64,000 nt of DNA from Moniliella sp. 'wahieum' (taxonomy: Eukaryota): the NCBI GenBank assembly GCA_003971905.1, contig RSEE01000067.1, positions 248,001 to 312,000 on the forward strand. The letters run 5' to 3'. Below, in pieces: positions 24,404 to 35,859 of this stretch; positions within the stretch are counted from its first letter, which is position 1; every line of letters begins with the position of its first letter. The notes beneath the pieces were generated by a model that ran no database searches, had not been told where the DNA came from, and worked only from the letters and a program-made list of their open reading frames with translations. The position numbers and the translations under genes are program-made.

Positions 24404-26035
24404 ATGGCAACAATGGAACACGACAGCAAGTCCATTGCGTCTGCCTCATCCAAGCAGGCCGATGCTGGCTATGCTCCACCAGAGACTTCGTTCAAGCCAA
24501 TTGTCGAAGTCAACGACCTAGCCAATGCTGATGTCGACACAATGGCACGTGTCTGGACACGGAGAGATTGGACGCTACGCCACGAGGAGTGCAAGAAGGT
24601 GCTTCGCAAGATCGACTGGTACCTTCTGCCCATGATGTGTACTGTGTACTGCCTCACCTTTGTGGACAAGACCACCATCAATTACGCCCATCTGTTGGGC
24701 TTCCAGAACACGCTTCACTTCGACTCTTCCCAATACTCGTGGCTGGGCAGCACATTTTACCTCGCCTATTTGGCCGCGCTTCCTGTGCACTCGATCATCT
24801 TCCACAAAGTTCAGCTGGGCCGCTACCTTGCAGTATGCGTCTTCTTTTGGGGCGTCACCCTGACGCTCCATGCCGCTGCTTTCAACTGGGCTGGCCTCAT
24901 GGTATGCCGTGTCTTTCTTGGCATCTTTGAGTCCGCCATCACACCCGGGTTTATCCTCATAACTGGGCGCTTCTGGAGTGCAGACCAAATCAACACCCGT
25001 ACCGCTCTGTGGTTCTCCTTTGTACGTGCCTTCCTTTCCACCATGCCTGACCCTTGCATGCATTGGACCCAATACTTACCCTGCAAGCATCGTCACTACT
25101 TTTCAGAACGGTTGGGCTCAAATCCTGGGTGGACTCATCTCCTATGGTCTGCAGCGGCAGCACAATACCGCCATCCCCCGCTGGCGAGAAATGTTTATCA
25201 TTCTTGGACTGGTCACTACCCTCTTCTCGGTTATCACTCTCATTTTTATGCCGTCCGAGCCGGGCAAGCTAATGGTGCTTACCGAGCGGGAAAAGTTGAT
25301 TGCCGTTGACATGGTCGCCAAAAATAAGACGGGCATTGTGTCACACAAGTTTGAGTGGTACCAAGTGCGGGAGGCGCTGATTGACCCACGTGTCTGGACC
25401 TTGTTCCTTTGCATCATCTGCATGGACGTGGCCAATGGCGCACTTACCAACTTTGGAACAACAGTCATCTCCTCCCTTGGCTTTGATGCCGAACAGACAT
25501 CTCTCTTGGGTCTAGCCCAGGGGGGTCCGAAGTGGTTGCATGTCTCTCATCGTCCTTGGCGCTCTCTACGTGCCCACGTCCGCCATGGGATCCTTCACGC
25601 TGCTCATCTCAATTATCGGATCGGGCGTACTGGCATCGCACGCTAAACGTGGCCAAGGTGACACTGTACATGTTTGTCCCTTGGTTTGCACCTGCCTCCA
25701 TGGTACTGTACGGAACCTTGGCCCGTAGCTTCTCGGGCGAGACCAAGCGGATCGTGGCCAACGCTATCTTCCAAGTCGGTTACTCGACAGGTAACATTAT
25801 TGGTGCCCAAATCTACCGTGCTAAGGATGCTCCCGAATACACTCCTGCCAAAGTCGCCATGGTCTCCCTCTTGGCCATCAGCTGGGTCATGTACGGCATC
25901 TTTTTCCTCACTCACGTCTACCTCAATCGCCAACGTGACCGTGAATTTGGTGACCAGCCCGAACACCACTTCGTTGACGATCTTAGCAACCAAACCGACT
26001 GGGAAAAGCGGCGCTTCTTCCGTTACCCACTTTAG
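24404..26035 (+). CDS. MFS transporter, allantoate permease (DAL5/ACS) family; intron 25022-25106
   Basis: KKVLRKIDWYLLP, DKTTINYA, QYSWLGSTFYLAY, RVFLGIFESAITPGF, WFSF|NG across a GTACGT...CAG intron, NKTGI..FEWYQVREALIDP, GETKR, GNIIGAQIY, TDWEKRRFFRYPL. Confidence 0.93.
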
Positions 26036-26580
26036 TCGGGTAGAAGCAATTCTGGGTTCCTTCCCCCCTACCTGTCCCCCTTTCCTTGTGTATCATACCC
26101 CTCAAGCCCCACGAATGATTTTGTACCCCCCCCCTCGGCTCGCTGTTTGTATTACGCGTTACGTCAAATCCAAACTGCAAAGTGTATTTACGTCAAATCC
26201 AAACTGCAAGGACAGGCAGGATTGTGGTTAACTGAGGTAGAAGTATATGGATCGCCGCCGCCTTCAAGCACTTTCAACCGAGGTGGGACACCCTGCGCCC
26301 ACATGTTGGCTGGACAATGTGACCGATTGTACCTGTGGACGCAGAAGGGACCTCTTGCAGGTGCGGGCGTCAACAAGATAAGCGGAAAGACAGACGTGAA
26401 GATCTACTGGCTGTACTCGTCGTCACGCTGTATATGAGAGTCCCAGGGCGTTTCTTGAACATGGCTTTGATGCGGTGGGAGAGCCGGGCGGGTCCTGTTC
26501 GTAAATGGCATCTACCACTGGCCTATCCAAATCCTACACATCCGGAATCTACTTGGGCAGTAGGTAAATTGGGTGCTTGA

Positions 26581-28143
26581 TCATTCCAAGCTTACTAGCG
26601 CCGCCCTCCGCGCTTGCGTTTTGCGCCTTGCTCCCACCTCCGGCTCACTCTCTTCGTCCGACTCGCTTTCTCCTGCGCCGACCTCAATAGGGCTGAGGTC
26701 CGACTCGGAGTCCTCCTCATCGTCGTCCTCCGAGTCAACATCCGACCCTTCCTCCTCCCGGTCCGAGAGCTGGAAGAGCTCCTCCTCTTCCTTATTAGCC
26801 TGGGCGCCAAAGGCATCTTCATAGGCAAACTCGTCGTCCTCCTCCCCCTCTTCTTCGTCTTCCTCATCGGAAAGGGGCACCTTCTGATCTTCGGGTAGGG
26901 AATGGCTTCAAGCCCCTGCCGTACGCGGGCTTCGTTTTTGGCATCCCACTGCGCACGCCGCTTCCGCCTGACATTCTCCTCTTGTTCCTCGCGCCGTTGT
27001 GCCCGTGCCGCCTGGCCCTCGGCACGCAGTTGCTTTTGCTTGGCCTGCTCTTGCGGGCTGAGGCGGATACGGTCATGCCACAGCCCTGGCCCCCATTCAA
27101 GCCTTCTTCCACCTTGATCAACCTCAGTTCCAAGCGCGGCCCCACCTCGGTGAGACGAAGCACGCGTGTGTGCGCCCTTGGCCTTGTGCGCACGCCGGTT
27201 CCCCCGCCCAGCGTACGAGTCAAACAATTCAACCGTCTTGCCCCCTTCCACATCCGACTCCCCATCCGTATCCGTCTCGTAGGAACTCTCATTGTCCGCC
27301 TTGCCCAGCACGTAGTCTGCCAAATCGTGCACTTGGCCCAGATCGGGCAGAGCGCTGATCCCTTTCTTTTGACCTTCCACCACCTTGCGCAGACGCTTGC
27401 TCACTCCCGTGGGACGAACGGTAATGACAAAGTGCCGCCAGTCAAGCGTGCGCGTGGTCGGGTTAAAGTGCACCAGCACCACACGCCGAGCTGCACCGAG
27501 CCGCATCTGCGCCGGATTGACCGCCGGGAAGAGACGTTGGAGCGTAGTCGCAATCAGACTCAACGCGCGCAAATCGTCACGCGCCTTGGTGTCGCCAGGA
27601 GCAGGCGCAGGCTGCTTGAACCCGCTGAGAACGAGCAGCGGGGGGGTCATGTACTCTGGTGCGGTAGGGTGAGAAGAATGTTTGGTGCGCGCGCCACGTC
27701 GCGCCGAAGCGCGTACTTGTTGATTCGGAACGTGAGCGTCGGGCCACGCGGGAGAGCACCAATGCGCAGGTTGAGACGCGCCATGTCCGTCATGCCGCCG
27801 ACGGCGGTGGTGCGGCGTTGGCGTCCCTTGGCCGGCTGGGCCAACATGAGCAGATGCGTCACGCCGAAAATCGACGCGGCCGACACAAAGTCCTTGAGCG
27901 TGTTGCCCCGGTTTTGCCGCAACTTCTCGGCCGTGTAGGGCGCCAGCACGCCACGGAGATCCAACAGCAGTTGCCGGCCAGCCGGCGTGAGCGCACCCGA
28001 GTGCAGCACAAAGCTCCGCGGCACCCCGTCCTTGGGGCCTAGGTTGCCCTCCTCCGGACGGGGAGCTGCACTTTCCTCGTGCGGCGCGGCTGGGACGGGT
28101 CGGAGTTGCTGGTCTTGCTCCGCTTGGCTTGGGGCTTGGCCAT
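26581..28143 (-). CDS. SSF1: Brix-domain ribosome biogenesis protein SSF1/Peter Pan, frameshifted
   Basis: VPRSFV, DLRGVLAPYTAEKL, NTLKDFVSAASIFGVTHL, PRGPTLTFRINKY, RRVVLVHFN..LDWRHFVI..GVSKRLRK, LTEVGPRLELRLIKVEEG; acidic C-terminal tail. Confidence 0.93.
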
Positions 28144-28526
28144 CGTGCCAGACGCGACGGGGAGGAAGGAGATGGTGGTGGGCACGGGGCGGGCTTGCCT
28201 AATTTTTTTCGCCGGGGGCCCAGCGGCGGATGGGATAAATTGCCAGTCGGTGCAAACACGTGCGATCGGTGCAAAGCCGCTGCCTTCTATCAAATCACCG
28301 CTCGCTGTGGTCTGGCTGATGACGTGGCGGCGAGGGCAGTATGACGTAGGCGCCCGTTCCAGCGGACGCCCCGCCAGCGGCTGACATAAGCGGACACTGC
28401 CGCTGCGCTGCCGCGGCTGAGCCTCGCCCGGCCCCCGCCCTTCCGGCCCGTCTGCTCCTGATCGCACGGCCGCCGAGCCACCACCCCCCCCCCCCACCAC
28501 CACCGCCGCTGATTCTTCTGCCCGCC

Positions 28527-29442
28527 ATGGTTCGTACACGCTCCCCGCCCCCTCCTGCCCCGCCGCGTGCGCGCTGACGCCTCTGCCCCAGCCGCGCCCC
28601 GCTGCAACCACTCCGCACATGATCTGGGCCGGCGGCCACGTGGTGACGCTTCTGTCCGGCCTGTGGGCGCTCAAGTCGCTCCTCCTCATCTGGAAGTGGC
28701 AGACCCCGACCACGTCCTACTCCCTCGCCTACATCGGTGCCCTGGTGAGCTATGCGATTGTCGTGTACAAGTCCACGGGCACCCCTCGCTCTCCAAGTCG
28801 TACCTCCAACGCGTCGCGATGGATGAGAATGTCCAGTACATGCTCTTGTCGCTCTACTGGCTCTGCACTGCCCCGATCACGTTGACCCTGCTGCCCTATG
28901 TTGTCTTTTCGCTCTTCCATGTGCTCACCTTTATTCGCACTACCCTCATCCCGCTCGCCTTCCCCGCCCCCGCGGGGACGACGACGCTGCCCAAGCAGCT
29001 CGGCACCAAAATCCAAACCTGGGTCAAGACGAATTACGACCCTGCGATGCGCCTGGTAGCCTATGCCGAACTCGTGATTGCTCTGCGTGTCTTGCTCGGC
29101 GCGATTACCCTGCGCAACTCGATCGCGACCCCGATTCTCTACATCCACTTCCTCCGCTTGCGCTTCTACCTCTCCTCCTTCTCCCGCTTCGCCATCCTCC
29201 CGTCTCGGACGAACTCGACAAGGCTACCGCCGACCCACGTTGCCCGCCCGTCGTGCGCAAGACCTTCGTCTCGGCACGCCAGCTCGTCGCACGCTACGCG
29301 TCCAGCGTCGGTCCTGGCCCTACTCAGGGTCCCGCCGCACCTGCCACCCCGGCTCCGCCGCTACTGCTACCCCTGCCACCCCGCCGGCCCACGGCCAACG
29401 CCACCGCTACTGCCACCGCCCCTACCCCCCTCTACCTCTTAG
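28527..29442 (+). CDS. POM33: POM33/TMEM33 nuclear pore/ER membrane protein (intron 28530-28591), frameshifted
   Basis: ATG, GTTCGT...GCTGAC...CAG intron, then PRPAATTPHMIWAGGH in frame; ALVSYAIVVYKS, DENVQY, LLPYVVFSLFHVLTFIR, WVKTNYDPAMRLVAYAE, HFLRLRF. Stop position approximate. Confidence 0.88.
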
Positions 29443-30779
29443 TTTGTTGACCCTTCATGTTCGCATGGCATTGCATCCTGTCCACCCGTATGCATTTTTC
29501 TTCTTGGAGCGTGGGGTGTGGGATGAATCATGCATGGAACATGGACCATGTGCCATGTGCCATGGAACCGGTCCCCCTGCATAGCTGCTACTGGGAGGCG
29601 CTCCGGCAGCCTTGGCTTGAGCCGGGTTCGCATTCATGTAGTACGTATCTGATGCAGAGAGACAGATGCCATGGTAGGCGTCACATATAGGCCGTTCCAA
29701 AATGTAGAGGAACCATTAAACCATTACTTAGGCCGTGTGTTTTAGACGATGAAGCTTGGGTTTGAAGGTTCTTGGATGAAGCTTGAAGCTGTGGGGTGAA
29801 TCCGGTGAACGTGCTGAGTGTGTGGTATATAGTAGTAAACGGCACTTGTACGGCCGAAGGGAGGAGATCGTCGGTCGGGGCGTAGGCACGCGTGGTCAGG
29901 CCGCTTACTATATACCCATTGGAGTTGGACATTCAGTTGAACGTTGAACAATGTTGCCTGTTCCCTCTGGAGCTAATACTAGGGGTTCGACATGTTGACA
30001 GAAGAAGGACGATGCAGCTAACGGGAGCTACCTACGGGGGGGAGGGCACTCTCGAACGCTCCCTGTGACTGGGGACACTACTCTTGGCGAGAATCTCGCA
30101 GATCATATCGACCCACTCGCTGTACTTGCTGAAGCACGCACACAAAAGCACTCAGGGACACAACCACGTTGTTTGATGTGCCATTTCTGCAAACAACGTG
30201 AGTAGTGAACTGTTAAGTATTGAGGCCTTGAGGTTAACAGGGACGTAAGGGCTCCGCAGAAGAGATTGCTCTGTTAAGAGTTCGTCTTGCCCTCGACCAA
30301 AGCAATTGCATAGTACTCTCCCAACAAACCAAAGTCGGTAGATTAACCGTGCTTACCCTGTGTCCGATTGTGCACCCCCGTCGTCGAGCGACCCACCAGC
30401 ACAAGGCGCTAATAAAGAAAATCCCTTGGTTGGTCTTGACGCGAGGTTACGTTCGCCACTGACGGAATACAGATACCACACGTTGAATTGAGCCCTGTGT
30501 ATCGCGGAGGGGGTTAGTATATTACCGGGTATATCCAGTACCCGCGGTATTCGGGAACCAGAGTCACAGGTGAGGCTTCCATCTTCTCTCTCACATGGGC
30601 TCAATATAGTAACTACCGTTACTACTGATAGTTTCCTGTTCCAATGCCATGCACCGATCCCCATGCGGATCTTATGCTCGACTGCGGGGGCTCTCGCAAA
30701 AGGAGACACAAGTTCAGATTGACGGATATTCGATGATTTCGCTCATCTTGATCGTTCCCCTACAACCTCTATTCTGCTC

Positions 30780-31860
30780 GCTTTGTGAAGCTTGAAGCTT
30801 TTTGAATCTGGACTATATCGGTACTACTTTTTACCCAACAAACGCACGTCGTTGATGTACATGTGACCATTATATCATTGGCCAGCCTGACTAGGCCGGA
30901 AGCTCTGATCCTGACCGGTCACCGGGCATGCTCAGGCTCAGCCTTCCATCTGAGCCCTCCGCCTGAGCGCTCATTATGAGCTCATTACCCAGCAAGCACA
31001 CAGAGTTGTGAGCACAGCTGAGTACGTGCTCTGACCTGCTCTGACTTTCACTCCCCCGTCACTTTCACGGTCCCACGGACCATCGTATATATCTTTCTAA
31101 ACCGGCAACCTCCCCATGCCTCAGGCTTCAGGCCTTCAATCTCAGGATCTCAGTTCTCAAAACGTTTTGAAGCTGTTGAGGCTTTGAAGCTTGAAGCTGA
31201 AGCTGCAGGTCCAATGTCCTTTTCAACTCTCAGATCTCAGATCCCAACCTCTCAACTCCTAACCTCAACTTGAACTCCGTTGCTGGGCCACGATCCACAT
31301 TTGCCACTGCAGCCTGCTTCGCGAATCGCTTTTCCAGTGGCACAGCCACGCTTCAAGCTTCCAGTTTCCACAACTTCCAGCTTCCAGCTTTAAGTTGCTG
31401 TTGCATTAGCGGTTCCGCGTTCCGCGTTACGTAGTACGTGGTACGTTATACCACACAGCGTCACCGACTTGTGCACATCTCAGAACTCAGAACCACCTAC
31501 TTGTACTAGTGACTAGTGTCTATTGATTGGTGAGACAGTTACTAGTTACTGACTAGTGACCTAGTGACTAGTGACTAGTGATCCTAGTGACCAGCGAAGT
31601 AATAGTAACTAGTGGTTGATTAAGATTGGAGAGCGTGCTCGCTCTCTAGTCACTACGAAGTCACGAAGTCACCAGTGCTAGTCACTAGTCACACCTAGTT
31701 CCCTAGTCACCTACTCACCGGCCTCAGGCTTTAGACTGAAATAAATGGGCACAGTTTCTTTAGTTCTGCCGTCTAAGTGAGCTCAACAAGCGCTCAACGC
31801 GCGTTTACCGCTGAGTTCAACGTTCAACGTTCAACGTTCAACGTTAACTACGTTAACTCC
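30780..31860. repeat. Mosaic block of short palindrome-based tandem repeats (GAAGCTT, CAGATCT, GACTAGT, CAACGTT, CTGAG/CTCAG)
   Basis: For example gaagcttgaagctt 30787, ctcagatctcagatc ~31228, gactagtgactagtg 31504-31590, (ttcaacg)x4 31816-31846. No ORF of 60 aa or more. Confidence 0.85.
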
Positions 31861-32380
31861 TGACTAGACTGGACTGCGTGCACTTAGGTACTGAATCGCC
31901 GTGGCGTAACGGGGGAGAGGAAAGTGAGGAAATGGAATATAGCATGCAGCCGATGCCAGCGCAAGCATTACCAATCATGCCATGTGCCAGCTGACGCGCT
32001 GATGCAATAAGCCAATAAGCACAAGAAAAGAGCCCAGCTCAAGTACAACTTAACCAATCCATGAAACAAGCGAAACGTACGCAAAAAACAAAGTAAACAG
32101 TAACTCGAACGCAGCACAAGTGAGGAGATGGGGATAGGGATGGGGATGGGATAGAGGTGGAGGTGGAGGTAAAGATAGAGGTGGGAGTGGAAATGAAAGC
32201 AGAGATGGTGGGGAAGGTGAAGATGGAGGTGGAGGGGAAACGAGCAGGAAGATCATACAGAACAGGCCGGACGCACTTTAGAGTGCTCAGCCTGGCACAG
32301 CCTGGGGGGATAGGGGGAGGGGAAAACTGGACCGACCATTACGCGGATCAGGAATCAGGGTACTCAAACGATACATCAAG

Positions 32381-34120
32381 TTACAGCGGACGCCGGGTCC
32401 GACGTGCATGGGATTTACGTCGTTGTCCTGCGGTCGAAGGCGAAGATGAAGGCGAACCCGAGGCCGAGTACGTGTCGGCCAAAGTGCCACATGCGGGCGG
32501 GGGAAGGGTAGCCAGGTACGCGTCAACGGATTGGCCGGCTGGCTTGGCAGGCACCGCGCCGGCTTGGACTTGGTCCAGGAACGAGTAGAGCGTTTGAGAC
32601 GCGTTGGGCAAGGCAAGTACCGGCGTGGTAGCGTTCATCATTTTAAAGTTCCAAAAGAACGAGCCGGCACTAGCGCCATAGGCCGAAGCTTGCGTCGAAT
32701 AGTACTGCGCCGGCCAGCTGGGATCGGTCACACCCGAGATGAGCGACCATTCGGTCTTGGCCATCGGCACGGGGAAACCATCAAAGTCGGTCACTTTCTT
32801 GCACACTCGTCGGTTGATCGTCGTGCTGTTGTCTACCGAGGGGAACCAGCCAGGGTAGGGGTTGTCGTTGATCACCAACATCGACGCGTTCTTCCCCGTC
32901 GCAAAGGGCTTCCAGTACGACGCTGGGTCCGAGGCAAACCCGTGGTGGAAAAACATACTGTACCCGGCTTTTTGCAACGTCGCATACGACCGCTCGTAAA
33001 ATGCTTCGGTTACGTTGAGGTTGTTGCCCTGCTGGGCAAAGGCAGCACCATTGGGCTCGTTGACGGGCGAGATGGCGCTGACGACGGATTTGTACGGGTT
33101 GTACGACAGCCAGTCCACTACCGCTTGCACCGTCGCATCACATCGGTTTTGGTTCTCTGGGGTCCACCAAGCAGGCGTGGTGGTGTTGAGTCCGGTTGGA
33201 TTGATCGCCCGACTGGACAGAGGGAAAAGGGTCAGAATGTGGGGCGTTTGGAAAGACGCAGAAAGAAGGGAGTAGGGTGAGGGGATCGGACGTACCTGAG
33301 AGCCGGGCATGGCATGCAGATCCAGCATCGCGTACATCTGCCGCTTCCACAGCCACCGAGCAAACGGGTGAGGTGCTCAAGCTGGGTCGAGTTGACGTAC
33401 GGCTCGCCGTCGACGACGGGGATGAAGGACCAAAAGGGAATGGGCACACGAACATTGTTGATGCCATGCTGGTACAATGTCTCAATCTCCTCCTCCGAAA
33501 CCCACTGGTCGTAGCGCTCCGTCAACACCTCGCCCGCCTGCGCACCAACGGTCTGGGTAAAGTGCCATTCATCATAATCGTTGGGGGCGTACTTGGTAAA
33601 CCAGTCCTCGTCTATCCACCGTCGAGAACCAGCCAGCCACCTAGACTGACACCGAGGGCAGACTTGCTGCTGTCGGCCCAGTCCCAAAAGGGAAGAGGGG
33701 TGATGTTGCGCGGATCGTGCCGCTGCTGTCGAGCGGTGGGGAGCCCTTGTGGGACGGGGAGGGGGAGGGAGAGCATTGCTGGGGGTGGGACTTGTGGTGG
33801 GTGAGCCCGACGCCCAGCCCGACCGCGAGCGCCACAACAGCGGCGACGGCGATGGCGGCAGCGACAAGCGCCCACTGTTTCGGTGGGATGCGGCGGGGGT
33901 CTGGGTTTTTCGTGCGAGGCGGCAAGGGCGGCGGGGGAGGCATAGAGGCTGCTGCGGTCATGGTAGCCTGCTGCGTCGGGGACGAGCTGCTGCTGGCTGG
34001 AGGCGGGGAGGTAGACGGTGGAGTTGGAGGCGGTCCAGTCGTGGGACTCGGTGGGGTCGAGAGGGCCCCGCTTGGCGGCGGCTTTGGGGGGGGGTAGGAA
34101 GAATCGGCGGTGAAGGAGCG
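32381..34120 (-). CDS. Glycoside hydrolase family 5 exo-beta-1,3-glucanase-like protein with N-terminal membrane anchor (intron 33213-33295)
   Basis: TM segment WALVAAAIAVAAVVALAVGLGVGL, GVSLGGWLVL, VRVPIPFW, LDLHAMPGSQ|SGDQS, VNEP (acid/base Glu), KTEWS (nucleophile Glu), GSFFWNFK. Start obscured by the poly-G tract. Confidence 0.88.
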
Positions 34121-34121
34121 T

Positions 34122-34157
<36 letters not shown>
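34122..34157. repeat. Poly-G homopolymer, 36 nt
   Basis: Directly visible. Confidence 0.95.
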
Positions 34158-34159
<2 letters not shown>

Positions 34160-35859
34160 AAAGAGAGTGGAGGACGGAGGGAGGGGGATGTGGTGGTGTG
34201 GTGGTGTGGTGTGTGGTGGTGGTGGCAACGAGACGGGGGCAGGCAGAGAAGCAGGTGCGAGGAGAGGGAGAGAGTGTGAGGGGCGAGCGAGGAGAAGGAG
34301 AGGGCGAGAATCACAGACGGGTGCGTGCAGGCGCTGGGCACGGGGCCAGTGTGAGCATGCTGCATTCTTGCCCTGCGCGGAGGCGATGATCGATACCCAG
34401 TACCGAGCAGGCAGCAGGCAGGAGGCTGCACACAGACGGATCGGTGCGGTGGATGATCGATGATGCCGGGGGCAGGACGCGCAAGCGAGGGCGGCACAGC
34501 ACGGCACGCTTCGGCACCGCCAGCATTCCTTACTCCATGCAGCGCCGGAGCAGCAGTGCACTAAGGCCTCGGCACCCTAACCCTCTCGAGGCGCCGATGC
34601 AGATCATAACTCACGCGTCACGCATCACCCGCCACGCCGATCACATGGCACATGCATCCCATGCAGCGCAGACGCAGTGCTGGCTGTGCTGCCCACCAGC
34701 GCTCGCCAAGCCGCCGATGCTGCGAGCAGCAGCGCATTCGGTGCTCAGCCTGAGCATCGACTCAGCAGCCCCGGCACCACACCAGTGTCGCGGGAGAAGC
34801 GAGCCTCTGCACCCTGCCGCCTCGCCCCGACGCCCACGCCCCCAGCACCCACGCGCAGTGCTAGTGCTAGTCGTCCTGGGTGTGCCGATCATCAATCGAA
34901 TCAAGCTTCAAGCACTGGCACGCCCGCGCCCACCGTGCCACCACGCCACACACGCCCCTGCGCTGCCCCGCTGCCCCCCGACCGCCGGGCGGCATTTGCC
35001 GGTCAGAAGGCATGTGCTCGCGCCGTATGTACTCGATCTGCGCTGGCCAATCGATTAATCCCTCATCGGTGCAACCCCCGCAGGCACCCCAGATCTGCAT
35101 CATGGCATCATGCACCATGCATTCGGTACTGCGGACCAAGCGATAGGCGACCATCGAAATGCGCGCCTCGCTTCGGGGAATAAAACGGGGCTCGTTTGGC
35201 TGGGTGTTGGAGGGTTAGGGTTAGGGGCAGGCGAGCAGGCGAGCCCAAGATGGATGCAGTGGGAATGCAGTCAGGCCTCAGCGCCTCAGCCAAGGCAGCC
35301 CGGGAAACGCAACAGGGCAGTGAAGAGTGTCGATGGAACAACTCAGTTTTCTCGAGACGCGACTGTCGACCGTTGGCTCTGTCCCACCCCCATTTCAAGC
35401 TTCAAGCTTCATCGATCATCTCAGATCCAGATCTCATCCGCCCCGCCAATAGCAAAGCCTGAACATAATCTGCACATCCCAGGGTCGTGCGGCCAAGGCA
35501 GAGAGAGGCAGACAGATCTGTCGCCCGCCCGCCGTTATAAGAGTATATGTATATGACGGAGGGAGAAACGAGGAATATATGAATGGGCCGATGAACGACG
35601 ATTGGACGGATTCATGCCATGATGGATGCATTTTCGTCTCTCTTAGTTGTGGTTTGGCTTGACCTACTTTGACCTCAACCACCGATGGGCCGCGCGGGAG
35701 GCAACCGCCGAACACACTGTGACATGTGACTCTACCCACCGAATCGCTCTCTACCTAGCTAGTAGCATCCCCCACAGGAGCCCCCCCCCCCCATAATGGC
35801 AGATCGCACTGTACATCGTTTGGGGTAACAACCATACCAACACTGGCAGGGGACAATCG

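Noticed and set aside
35212..35228. Telomere-like TTAGGG repeats
   Set aside because: Only about two copies in an interstitial position, which can occur by chance.
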